From: Rhodobacter capsulatus SB 1003
Lineage (GTDB): Bacteria > Pseudomonadota > Alphaproteobacteria > Rhodobacterales > Rhodobacteraceae
Length of the DNA stretch: 32,000 nt
Reading direction: 5' to 3'
Assembly: GCF_000021865.1 (NCBI RefSeq)
Contig: NC_014034.1
Span: 3,210,001 to 3,242,000 of the forward strand
Notes under the pieces: model-generated
Told to the model about the DNA's origin: nothing
The model's database searches: none
What the model saw: only the letters and a program-made list of their open reading frames with translations
Position numbers and translations under genes: made by a program
Part shown: positions 17,193 to 24,987 of the stretch, piece after piece
Position numbering within the stretch: the stretch's first letter is position 1
Layout: each line of letters starts with the position of its first letter

Positions 17193-18691
17193 TCGGCGGC
17201 CTCGCGTGCGCAGGGGAAGTCGGCGGGGAAATGGCGGATCGCGCTTTGCACCGGATAGGGGGTGAAACCGCCCAAGGCGCAGAGCGAGCCGAGTTTCATC
17301 GTCTGGCAAAGGTCATCAAGCAGCGGCATCGCCGAAGCGTCACCCGCGGCGATGCGGTCGATCACCTCGACCCCGCGGACGGCGCCGATGCGACACGGCG
17401 TGCAGGTGCCGCAGCTTTCGATGGCGCAGAACTCCATCGCGAAGCGGGCGAGTTTCAGCATGTCGGCGGTGTCGTCATGCACGACCAGCCCGGCGTGACC
17501 GACCAACCCGCCCTGCCCCGCGAATTGTTCATAGCAGAAGGGAAGGTGATAATCGGAAACCGGGTGATAGGCGCCCAAGGGCCCGCCCACCTGCACCGCC
17601 TTGACCGGGCGGCCACTGGCGGTGCCGCCGCAGATGTCCTCGACCAGTTCGCCCAAGGTGATGCCGAACCCGGTCTCGAACAGCCCGCCGCGTTTGACAT
17701 TGCCGCCGATCTGCAACGGGATCGTGCCGCGGGAGCGGTCCATGCCGAAGCTTTCGTAGGCCTTGGCCCCATGCGCGATGATCCACGGCACGGCGGCGAG
17801 CGACAGCAGGTTGTTCACCACCGTGGGCTTGCCGAAAAGCCCCTTCAGCGCGGGCAGCGGCGGTTTCGCGCGCACCGTGCCGCGCTTGCCTTCAAGCGAG
17901 TTCAGAAGCGAGGTTTCCTCGCCGCAGACATAGGCCCCCGCGCCGACGCGGACCTCCATCTCGAACCCGGCTTCCGCAAGGAACGGTTTCGCCATCGCGA
18001 TCGCTGCGCGCATCACCGCGATCGCGTCGGGGTATTCCGAGCGGATATAGACATAGCCGCGGGTGGCGCCGACCGCGTGACCGGCAATCGCCATGCCCTC
18101 GACCAGGCAAAAGGGGTCGCCCTCGATCAGCATCCGGTCGGCAAAGGACCCGCTGTCGCCCTCGTCCACATTGCAGACGATGTATTTCTGATCGGCCTGC
18201 GCCGCGGCGACGGTGCGCCATTTGATCCCCGTGGGGAACCCCGCCCCGCCACGCCCGCGCAGACCCGAGGCAAGCACTTCTTCGACCACCTCGGCGGGGG
18301 TCATCTTCAACGCCTTGCGCAGACCGGCCCAGCCCTCGGCGGCGGCGAATTGCGCCAGCGACAGCGGCTCGATCCTTCCGCAGCGGGCAAAGGTCAACCT
18401 TGTCTGGCGCTTGAAGAAGGGGATCTCCTCGACCAGCCCGAGGGCTTTCGGGTGGCTTTCAAGCGCGTCAAACAGCGCGGGCACATCGGCGGGCGTCATC
18501 GGGCCAAAGCCGATCCGGCCCGCGGGGGTTTCCACCTCCAGCAGCGGTTCGAGCCAGATCATGCCCCGAGACCCGTTGCGGGCAATGTCAAGCGCACCCC
18601 CGCGCTTTTCGGCCTCAAGCCGCAGCGCGGCCAGAACCGCCTCGGCGCCACAGGCTTTTGCAGCGGCATCACAGGGCAACCAGATCTTCAT
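17189..18691 (-). CDS. fdsB: Formate dehydrogenase beta subunit FdsB (NuoF-like, FMN/NAD binding, 4Fe-4S)
   Basis: NuoF-type motifs GRGGAGFPTG, ESCGTCTPCR. Confidence 0.95.
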   Translation of the reverse strand: MKIWLPCDAAAKACGAEAVLAALRLEAEKRGGALDIARNGSRGMIWLEPLLEVETPAGRIGFGPMTPADVPALFDALESHPKALGLVEEIPFFKRQTRLTFARCGRIEPLSLAQFAAAEGWAGLRKALKMTPAEVVEEVLASGLRGRGGAGFPTGIKWRTVAAAQADQKYIVCNVDEGDSGSFADRMLIEGDPFCLVEGMAIAGHAVGATRGYVYIRSEYPDAIAVMRAAIAMAKPFLAEAGFEMEVRVGAGAYVCGEETSLLNSLEGKRGTVRAKPPLPALKGLFGKPTVVNNLLSLAAVPWIIAHGAKAYESFGMDRSRGTIPLQIGGNVKRGGLFETGFGITLGELVEDICGGTASGRPVKAVQVGGPLGAYHPVSDYHLPFCYEQFAGQGGLVGHAGLVVHDDTADMLKLARFAMEFCAIESCGTCTPCRIGAVRGVEVIDRIAAGDASAMPLLDDLCQTMKLGSLCALGGFTPYPVQSAIRHFPADFPCAREAAE

Positions 18692-19140
18692 GCGCCCAGC
18701 TCCGCCACGATGCCCGCGACCGCGGCCGCATCCAGCCGCCCGACCAGCCGGTCATCCACCATCGCCGCCGGGGCACAGGCGCAAAGGCCCAGACAATAAA
18801 CCGCTTCCAGCGTCACCGCCTCCGAACTGTCGCCCAGCCGCAGCCCCAGCGCCGATTCGAGCCGCGCCTGCACCGCATCCATGCCCATCGCCTGACAGGC
18901 CTCGGCCCGACATAGCTTGATCACATGCCGCCCCGCGGGCGCCTTGCGGAAATCGTGATAAAAGCCCACGACCCCCGCCACCTCGGCCCGGGTCAGCCCC
19001 AGATCGGCGGCAATCGGCGCGTAAGCGTCTTCGGGAATGAAACCAAAGGCCGCCTGCACATCATGCAGGATCGGCAAAAGCGCCCCTTCCCGGCCGCGAT
19101 GGGCCGCAAGGATGGCGCGCAGGCGCGCGGTATCGGTCAT
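18688..19140 (-). CDS. fdsG: Formate dehydrogenase gamma subunit FdsG (NuoE-like 2Fe-2S)
   Basis: NuoE-type Cys pattern (CRAEACQAMG ... CLGLCACAP). GGGAGG RBS. ATGA overlap with fdsB. Confidence 0.9.
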   Translation of the reverse strand: MTDTARLRAILAAHRGREGALLPILHDVQAAFGFIPEDAYAPIAADLGLTRAEVAGVVGFYHDFRKAPAGRHVIKLCRAEACQAMGMDAVQARLESALGLRLGDSSEAVTLEAVYCLGLCACAPAAMVDDRLVGRLDAAAVAGIVAELGA

Positions 19141-19223
19141 GTCGTCCTCCCGCCTTCAGCCTGCGACGAAGGGGCGCACAAGGCAATGCGGTTTCCGACA
19201 GGTGATGGCGGTTTTGCGAAGGA

Positions 19224-19670
19224 TCAGCCCTGCCAGCGGCTCAGCGCATCCTCGTCGATGTCCTTGGCGGCGACCCAGGCGGTGCCGTCGCGGCTGACTT
19301 CCTTCTTCCAGAACGGCGCCCGGGATTTCAGATAATCCATCAGGAATTCCGCCGCTTCAAAAGCCGCCACCCGGTGCCGCGCCGCCGTCGCCACCATCAT
19401 GATCTGCGCGCCGACCGCAAGCCGCCCGTGCCGGTGAATGACCAGCGCATCGGCAAGATCCCAGCGCCTGCGCGCCTCCTCGACCATCGCGGCAATCGCG
19501 CTTTCGCACATGCCGGGGTAATGCTCGATCTCCAGCGCCTCAAGATTGCCGGTATCGTCGCGCACAAGGCCCAGAAAACCCACGACCGCGCCGACGTTTT
19601 CGCGGTTTTCGGAAAAGGCGGAAAGTTCTGCGCCAAAGTCGAAACTGGCGTCCTGAACCCGAACCTGCAT
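19224..19670 (-). CDS. moaE: Molybdopterin synthase catalytic subunit MoaE
   Basis: MoaE-like sequence (GAVVGFLGLVRD..LEIEHYPGM..APFWKKE). Confidence 0.9.
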   Translation of the reverse strand: MQVRVQDASFDFGAELSAFSENRENVGAVVGFLGLVRDDTGNLEALEIEHYPGMCESAIAAMVEEARRRWDLADALVIHRHGRLAVGAQIMMVATAARHRVAAFEAAEFLMDYLKSRAPFWKKEVSRDGTAWVAAKDIDEDALSRWQG

Positions 19671-19671
19671 C

Positions 19672-19920
19672 TCAGCCCCCTGTCATCGGCGGAAAAAAGG
19701 CAACCTCGCGCACGCCCGCCAGCGGCGCATCGAACCCGGCCAGTTGCTGATCCAGCGCCACCCGCAGCGCCGAGGTATCGGCAAAGGCGGCCTCATAGCG
19801 CGGCTCGCGGGCGCGCAGTTCGGCCACAAGGTCAAGGACGGTGGCGGCCGAGGTCTCGACCCGCTCGCGCGGCAGGCCGATGCGCTCGCGCACCCAGGCG
19901 AAATAGACGATGTCGAGCAT
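19672..19920 (-). CDS. moaD: Molybdopterin synthase sulfur-carrier subunit MoaD
   Basis: 82-aa ubiquitin-like protein ending in the diagnostic C-terminal GG. It sits 1 nt upstream of moaE. Confidence 0.9.
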   Translation of the reverse strand: MLDIVYFAWVRERIGLPRERVETSAATVLDLVAELRAREPRYEAAFADTSALRVALDQQLAGFDAPLAGVREVAFFPPMTGG

Positions 19921-19997
19921 GTGTCCCCCGGTGGTGGTTCGGGGTGAGCCTAGCGAGGCCGGGGGGCAGAGGCAACGGGGGGAGACGGTGGGTCAGA

Positions 19998-20062
19998 GGG
20001 CAGCGCCCGACCCGAGGGTGGGCGAGAAGCGCCCGCCCGTGGGGGCGGGTCGGGCGCTGCCC
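19998..20062. repeat. Perfect 17-bp inverted repeat with 31-nt spacer
   Basis: gggcagcgcccgacccg (19998-20014) pairs with cgggtcgggcgctgccc (20046-20062). A second 8-bp-stem hairpin cccgatgc-agg-gcatcggg follows at 20060-20078. Both lie between the DUF3800 islet and moaD. Confidence 0.7.
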
Positions 20063-20110
20063 GATGCAGGGCATCGGGCGGGAGCTACATAATGGAACTG
20101 AAGCGAGAAC

Positions 20111-20917
20111 TTACCTTTTTAGCGGCATAGGCTGTCCGCGAGCACTCTTCAACAAACTGACAACTTCGGGCTGCAATTTCAAATCATCCAAGCTATGAAT
20201 ACACTTCAGGCCAACCCCAAGAATTCTTCCATTAACATCTGCAGCGAAGCGCTTTGACAGCTCGTCAAAATATCTTACTTCGGGAATCCCGAAGTTCTTG
20301 GGCGTGAGATTTGTAAGCTGAAACACTGCATGACTAACAAAATCCGCATATTCGAGCAAGGGATCCTCTCCCTTCGCGGCCGTTCCAATTGAAAAAACGT
20401 TCAGAATTTCAAGGGACTTCGAAGCCTCAAACAATGGCATGTCTTTCACTTTTTGAAGAAAGCGATACATAGCATCATAATCATGATTTCGACGCTCAAG
20501 AATCACCGAAATATCATCCGGCTTTGCTCCTAATCTCCTTAGGTAGCAGCAGACAATCTCCAGAAGATACTGGATACACTTGTTATAGAATTTCTGAGGA
20601 TCCTCTTCGATTTTCTCTTTATAATCTCCAAGCGTTTGCTTCCTAGAGATAACTGCGAAATACCTCGCATTAACCTGGCTAAAAGTTCTTGCAAGATAGA
20701 CCTTCTCCGGATGATCAAGATCTGTGGCGTGTTTCCATTTTTGCTTTCCAATTTGATCTCGAAAGAGCGAAAGCTTTTGTCTCGCGTCGATCGCTGAGGA
20801 CGGCTGAAAAACAGCAGCCCCAACAACAAAATAAGGAGAAGCGCCAGGAGAAACATCGCTCCTGACTTTTGCAATACCGGTTTCGCCGCTTTCATCGATG
20901 TAGATACTAAACGGCAA
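20111..20917 (-). CDS. DUF3800-like protein of unknown function, encoded on an AT-rich islet
   Basis: N-terminal FSIYIDESGETG and C-terminal LLEYADFVSHAVFQ resemble the DUF3800 family signature as I remember it. TTG start with AAGGGGG 5 nt upstream. Composition and codon use (many A/T-ending codons) are unlike all neighbours. Confidence 0.65.
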   Translation of the reverse strand: MPFSIYIDESGETGIAKVRSDVSPGASPYFVVGAAVFQPSSAIDARQKLSLFRDQIGKQKWKHATDLDHPEKVYLARTFSQVNARYFAVISRKQTLGDYKEKIEEDPQKFYNKCIQYLLEIVCCYLRRLGAKPDDISVILERRNHDYDAMYRFLQKVKDMPLFEASKSLEILNVFSIGTAAKGEDPLLEYADFVSHAVFQLTNLTPKNFGIPEVRYFDELSKRFAADVNGRILGVGLKCIHSLDDLKLQPEVVSLLKSARGQPMPLKR

Positions 20918-20937
20918 ACGACCCCCTTACCCTTTAG

Positions 20938-21852
20938 TTAACCCCACTCCTCCACAAACTCCCGCCACTCGCCCTTGCTCATGCCGGAGGTCTCCGCCGT
21001 CACCACCTCCCCCGCAAGACGACGTTTCAACACCTCTTTCGCCTTGGCCGAAACACTCACCGCGCCCAGGCGGTAATCCTCGAAGGCCTCGTAGGCCTGC
21101 GGCACCCAGTCCTTCACGATGTCGCCCATGATCTGCGCATAGACCCGGATTTCATATTGCGCATGCACATCCGCCCGCAGCCGCAGGAAGTGGAAGAGAT
21201 TGTGCAGGTCGATCTTCCAATACCATTGCGTGTAGACATTCGCGGGCAGGTTCATCCGCGCCAGTTCCCGCGCCAGACCCAGCTTGCCCGCGTCGGCATC
21301 CGGCGTCAGCATGTCCTCGTAATGGTCATAGGCGCGCATCGCATCTTCGCGCAGAAGATCGAGCACCCGGGCCGCCTCGGCGCCTTCCAGAACCTGACCG
21401 CGGCCCTGATTGTTCACCGTCGATTGCGCCGCCAGATGCTCGGGCGCGGGGATGTAGAATTCGCGGTCCATCACCGAATAGCGCGCGGAATATTCGTTCA
21501 CATTCGCGGTGCGGTGGCGGATCCATTGCCGGGCGACAAAGATCGGCAGCTTGACGTGGAATTTCACCTCGCACATCTCGAACGGGGTCGAGTGCCAGTG
21601 CCGCATCAGATAGCGGATCAGGCCGCGGTCATCCGAGACCGCCTTGGTGCCGCGGCCATAGCTGACCCGCGCCGCCTGACAGATCGCGGCATCGTCGCCC
21701 ATGTAGTCGATGACCCGGATCAGCCCGTGGTCGAGCACCGGATGGGCCTGGTAAAGCCGCGCCTCCATCCCCGCCGAGGTGGCGCGCAGCGTGGTCTGGC
21801 GGCTGGCCCGCTGGGCGGCGATCTCGGCAAGCTGGTCTGGGGTAAGCGACAT
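20938..21852 (-). CDS. thyX: FAD-dependent thymidylate synthase ThyX
   Basis: ThyX signature region [18 protein letters not shown] (RHR...SxRY). This copy has Asn where I recall Ser in many ThyX, and I cannot check how common that is. The ATG at 21852 has GGAG upstream. The track start at 21966 is an unsupported extension. Confidence 0.9.
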   Translation of the reverse strand: MSLTPDQLAEIAAQRASRQTTLRATSAGMEARLYQAHPVLDHGLIRVIDYMGDDAAICQAARVSYGRGTKAVSDDRGLIRYLMRHWHSTPFEMCEVKFHVKLPIFVARQWIRHRTANVNEYSARYSVMDREFYIPAPEHLAAQSTVNNQGRGQVLEGAEAARVLDLLREDAMRAYDHYEDMLTPDADAGKLGLARELARMNLPANVYTQWYWKIDLHNLFHFLRLRADVHAQYEIRVYAQIMGDIVKDWVPQAYEAFEDYRLGAVSVSAKAKEVLKRRLAGEVVTAETSGMSKGEWREFVEEWG

Positions 21853-21992
21853 GGGGGTCTCCGGGTTAGAATCGCCGCGACTATATCTGGCAAAGACAGC
21901 CGCCGAAACCGCGAGATACGGTGGCGCGTCCGACAGCACTGTCGCAGCCGGGGCACGTTTGGCCAAGGCGCAGGCCGCGAGGCCGTTGGAAA

Positions 21993-22041
21993 TTGACTTT
22001 TTTGCGATTTTTCGTCAACTTTGGGCCAACGAGCAGTCAAC
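21993..22041 (+). promoter_or_regulatory. Periodic GTCAA(C) motifs in the AT-rich thyX/lipoprotein divergent region
   Basis: TTGAC (21993-21997), GTCAAC (22014-22019) and GTCAAC (22036-22041) are spaced 21-22 bp apart. They lie 14-62 nt upstream of the lipoprotein ATG. Confidence 0.3.
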
Positions 22042-22054
22042 GAAAGACGAAATA

Positions 22055-22987
22055 ATGATCAGACGGGTTTGGCCGCTTGCGGCCCTTTTGGCGGTTGCCG
22101 CCTGCAGTGGCGCCGCGATCGTCACCCCCAAGGATGACGATGGGGATGGCGGCGGTGGCGGCGAGACGACGGCGATCCCGGCGGCTTTGAGCAACAACCT
22201 GAAGGCGGTCCGCTATGACGGCACGACGATGAAGGTGACCATCGACCTGCTCGATTCCACCCCGGCCGAGGTGACTTATGACCGCGATGCCCGGCTGGAT
22301 GTGCCCGGCTATACCGCCTACCGCATGCAGGAGGATTCGCTCGACCGGCTCTTTGTCGCGCTGGGGGCGATTTCGGATGACGGATCGGTGCAGGCGGTGA
22401 CGGTGGGCGACGGCGGGCAGTTCAACCGCTATTTCGCCGGCGGCAGCTATGACCGCGCGGGCGGCTTCGACCGGCCCGAGATCGGCACCGGCCCGGGGCG
22501 GGGGCAGGTCTCCTATGCGGGCAGCTATGCCGCGGTGACGAACGTCGATGCCCCGCGCGACGGCGGGCCGGATGATGTGGCGCTGCCGATCAGCGGCACG
22601 GTCGATCCGATCAACGTTCCGGCGCAGCCGGGCCGGATCACCGGGGATATCTTCCTGAACGCGAACTTCAACGACAATACGGTGAACGGCGCGATTTCGA
22701 ACCGGGTGCTGGTCGATACGAATTACGCGCTGGCCGATGTGATCCTGGTTCCGGGCACGATTGCCGAGGACGGCACCTTCACCGGCAGCGCCGAATACAG
22801 CGACCTGACCACGATCGGCAGCTATGGCGGCATCTTCGGCGGCACCGATGCGAATTCGGTGGCGGGGCTCGTGCATCTGACCGAGTTCGAGAGGAACTGG
22901 ACCGGCGAACAGGAACATGGCGTCTTCGTGCTGACGCAATGCGGTCCGAACAACACCCTGCCGATCTGCGACAATGTGGCCCCCTGA
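22055..22987 (+). CDS. Lipoprotein with a TbpB/fHbp-like C-terminal beta-barrel domain (candidate Slam-dependent surface lipoprotein)
   Basis: Lipobox LLAVAAC followed by an Asp/Gly-rich tether (DDDGDGGGGGE). The C-terminal pattern is GQVSYAGSYAAV..GDIFLNANFNDNTVNGAISNR..DGTFTGSAEY..IGSYGGIFGGTDANSVAGLVHL..HGVFVLTQC. It mirrors the Y-G...F...G-I...G-Y-G-FG-A-E-AG...GVF layout of neisserial TbpB/fHbp barrels. Confidence 0.6.
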   Translation: MIRRVWPLAALLAVAACSGAAIVTPKDDDGDGGGGGETTAIPAALSNNLKAVRYDGTTMKVTIDLLDSTPAEVTYDRDARLDVPGYTAYRMQEDSLDRLFVALGAISDDGSVQAVTVGDGGQFNRYFAGGSYDRAGGFDRPEIGTGPGRGQVSYAGSYAAVTNVDAPRDGGPDDVALPISGTVDPINVPAQPGRITGDIFLNANFNDNTVNGAISNRVLVDTNYALADVILVPGTIAEDGTFTGSAEYSDLTTIGSYGGIFGGTDANSVAGLVHLTEFERNWTGEQEHGVFVLTQCGPNNTLPICDNVAP

Positions 22988-24404
22988 AACGGGGCGCCGC
23001 GTCGCCGCGGGGCTGATGCTGGCGCTTGGCCTCGCGCTTCCGGCCGCGGCCGAGCCCCCGCGCCGCGTGCCGCTTTCCGCGGCAAGCGCGGAACAGATCG
23101 GCGCCGCGGCGGTGCAGGCGCTGGCCGGGCGGCAAGGCCCCGAGGCGGCGGCGCTGGCCACCGAGCTTCTGCGCCGGGATCCAAAGGACCCGCTTGGCCA
23201 TTATATCTTCGCGCGGCTCTCGCTGGCCGAAGGCAATACCGCCACCGCCCGCAAGGCGGCGCGGCGCAGCTTTTTCGCCGCGCAATCGCCGCGCCAGCAT
23301 TACGAGGCCGCCCGGGTCGCCGGACAGGCGGCAATGGCCGAGCGCCGCTTCGGCGCCGCCGCCTTCTGGGCCCGGCAGACGGTGCAATATGCCCCCGATG
23401 CCCGGGCCCGCGCCGTCGGCGTGCAGGACTATCGCCGCCTCGTGGCGCTCAATCCGCTGGCCTTCAGCCTGAAACTGGGTCTGCGCCCCTCGAACAACGT
23501 CAACGGTGGCGCCGACGACCGCACCAACGTGATCGACGGTTTCGATGCGGTCGGCGTGCTCAGCGACGAGGCGATGGCGCTTGCCGGGGTGGTCGGCACC
23601 GCCGATGCCTCGGCCAGCCTGCGGATCGCCGAAGGGGCGCGGTCGCAGACCCGGCTGGGCCTGAACGGCTATGTCCGGCTGGTCGATTTCTACGGCCGCC
23701 CGACCACGACCCCGCCTTTCTGGTGGGGCACCACCCCCCCCGCCCCGGTCGAGATCCGCAATGCGGATTATTCGACCGCCTCGCTCTCGACCCATCTGCA
23801 GCACAGCCGCAGCTTCGGCCCGGGGCTTTTCGGCATGGCGCAGATCGAGGCCGGGCGGCTGTGGCAGGGCGGTCAGCCCGCCTATGACTGGCAGGGGCTC
23901 GAGCTTTCGGGCAGCAAGCGGCTGAACGACCGGCTGCAGCTGACTTTCGGCGCCGCGCATGAGCGCCGCGACTGGGTCGCGCGCGCCCGGATCGACCGGC
24001 GCCAGCAGCTGGATTTCGGCCTGCGCGGGGCGGCGGCCAAGGGCACCTGGGGCCTTGGCGTTTCGGCCAGCACCCTGCTCAGCCCGGCGTCGCAGGCGCG
24101 GCTCTGGTCGCTTTCGGGCAGTGCCAGCTTTCAGCCCAAGGCGCAGCTGGGCCCGGTGGCGCTCAGCCTGGCCGCCGGGGTCTCGACCACGGTCTATCCC
24201 GATTACATGGTGGCGACGATGCACCCCGAAGGCGGGCGGCAGGATGACTCGGTCTTTGCCGAGCTGGGCATGACGGTGCCGAAGCTGGGCATCGCCGCCT
24301 TTGCGCCGGAACTGAAGCTGCAGGCGGTGAAGGTGGACAGCAATGTGTCGCGCTTCAGCCGGACCGAGCTGTCGGTGGCGGTGGGCTGGCGCTCGACGTT
24401 CTGA
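22974..24404 (+). CDS. Slam-like outer-membrane protein (N-terminal TPR + DUF560 beta-barrel; type XI secretion translocon)
   Basis: Signal peptide (LMLALGLALPAAA), then a TPR-like helical region (~150 aa). This is followed by alternating-hydrophobic beta-strand sequence starting SLKLGLRPSNNVNGG and ending VAVGWRSTF (terminal aromatic). It overlaps the lipoprotein gene by 14 nt. Confidence 0.6.
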   Translation: MWPPETGRRVAAGLMLALGLALPAAAEPPRRVPLSAASAEQIGAAAVQALAGRQGPEAAALATELLRRDPKDPLGHYIFARLSLAEGNTATARKAARRSFFAAQSPRQHYEAARVAGQAAMAERRFGAAAFWARQTVQYAPDARARAVGVQDYRRLVALNPLAFSLKLGLRPSNNVNGGADDRTNVIDGFDAVGVLSDEAMALAGVVGTADASASLRIAEGARSQTRLGLNGYVRLVDFYGRPTTTPPFWWGTTPPAPVEIRNADYSTASLSTHLQHSRSFGPGLFGMAQIEAGRLWQGGQPAYDWQGLELSGSKRLNDRLQLTFGAAHERRDWVARARIDRRQQLDFGLRGAAAKGTWGLGVSASTLLSPASQARLWSLSGSASFQPKAQLGPVALSLAAGVSTTVYPDYMVATMHPEGGRQDDSVFAELGMTVPKLGIAAFAPELKLQAVKVDSNVSRFSRTELSVAVGWRSTF

Positions 24405-24458
24405 GCTTGTCCCCGCCCGTGGTTGCGCTATCGTTCGCGCCGGAAACGGAGACCTCCC

Positions 24459-24887
24459 ATGCAGATACGCTATCTTCACACCATGCTGCGCGTGCTGGAC
24501 CTGCAGCGCACGATGGATTTCTTTGCGCTTCTGGGCCTGCGCGAAACCCGCCGGATCGAGAATGAGCAGGGCCGCTTCACGCTGGTCTTCATGGCCGCGC
24601 CGGGGCAGGAAGACGCCCCGGTCGAGCTGACCTGGAACTGGGACGGCGACCCGGCCCTGCCGTCCGACAGCCGCCATTTCGGCCATCTCGCCTATGGGGT
24701 GGAAAACATCTACGACATCTGCGCGCATCTGCAGGCCAATGGCGTGACGATCAACCGCCCGCCGCGCGATGGCCGGATGGCTTTCATCCGCAGCCCCGAC
24801 AATGCCTCGGTGGAGCTGTTGCAGATCGGCGAGGCCCTACCGCCCGCCGAGCCCTGGGCTTCGATGCCCAACACCGGGCATTGGTAA
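24459..24887 (+). CDS. gloA: Lactoylglutathione lyase (glyoxalase I) / VOC family
   Basis: MQIRYLHTMLRVLDLQRTMDFF... and GHLAYGVENI...PDNASVELLQ closely follow the GloA pattern. GGAG upstream of the ATG at 24459. Confidence 0.85.
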   Translation: MQIRYLHTMLRVLDLQRTMDFFALLGLRETRRIENEQGRFTLVFMAAPGQEDAPVELTWNWDGDPALPSDSRHFGHLAYGVENIYDICAHLQANGVTINRPPRDGRMAFIRSPDNASVELLQIGEALPPAEPWASMPNTGHW

Positions 24888-24987
24888 GCCTGCGCGATTA
24901 TCACCCAGCCGCGGGGCGTTTCGCTCTGCGGCAACTTCGGCTAGAGCGGGGCGGCGGGATCAATCCCGCCCCAAGACCGAGGATGCC

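Noticed and set aside
17192-17309. N-terminal extensions offered by the ORF track for fdsA, and likewise for dctP to 5857, dctM to 4086, thyX to 21966, the lipoprotein from 21779, TPR from 24769, ychF to 27572, MFS to 31082 and rplY from 29656
   Set aside because: The extensions overlap upstream genes or are Arg/Pro-rich with no RBS. Internal starts have Shine-Dalgarno sequences, ATGA coupling or the conserved family N-terminus.
15519-18799. Plus-strand ORFs of 579 aa and 522 aa antisense to fdsA and fdsB
   Set aside because: They are antisense to genes with dense, diagnostic Fe-S/NuoF motifs, and their translated sequences are low-complexity.
20539-20895. 118-aa alternative-frame ORF inside the DUF3800-like gene
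   Set aside because: It is fully nested in another frame of a longer ORF that has recognisable family motifs. In AT-rich DNA such frames arise easily.
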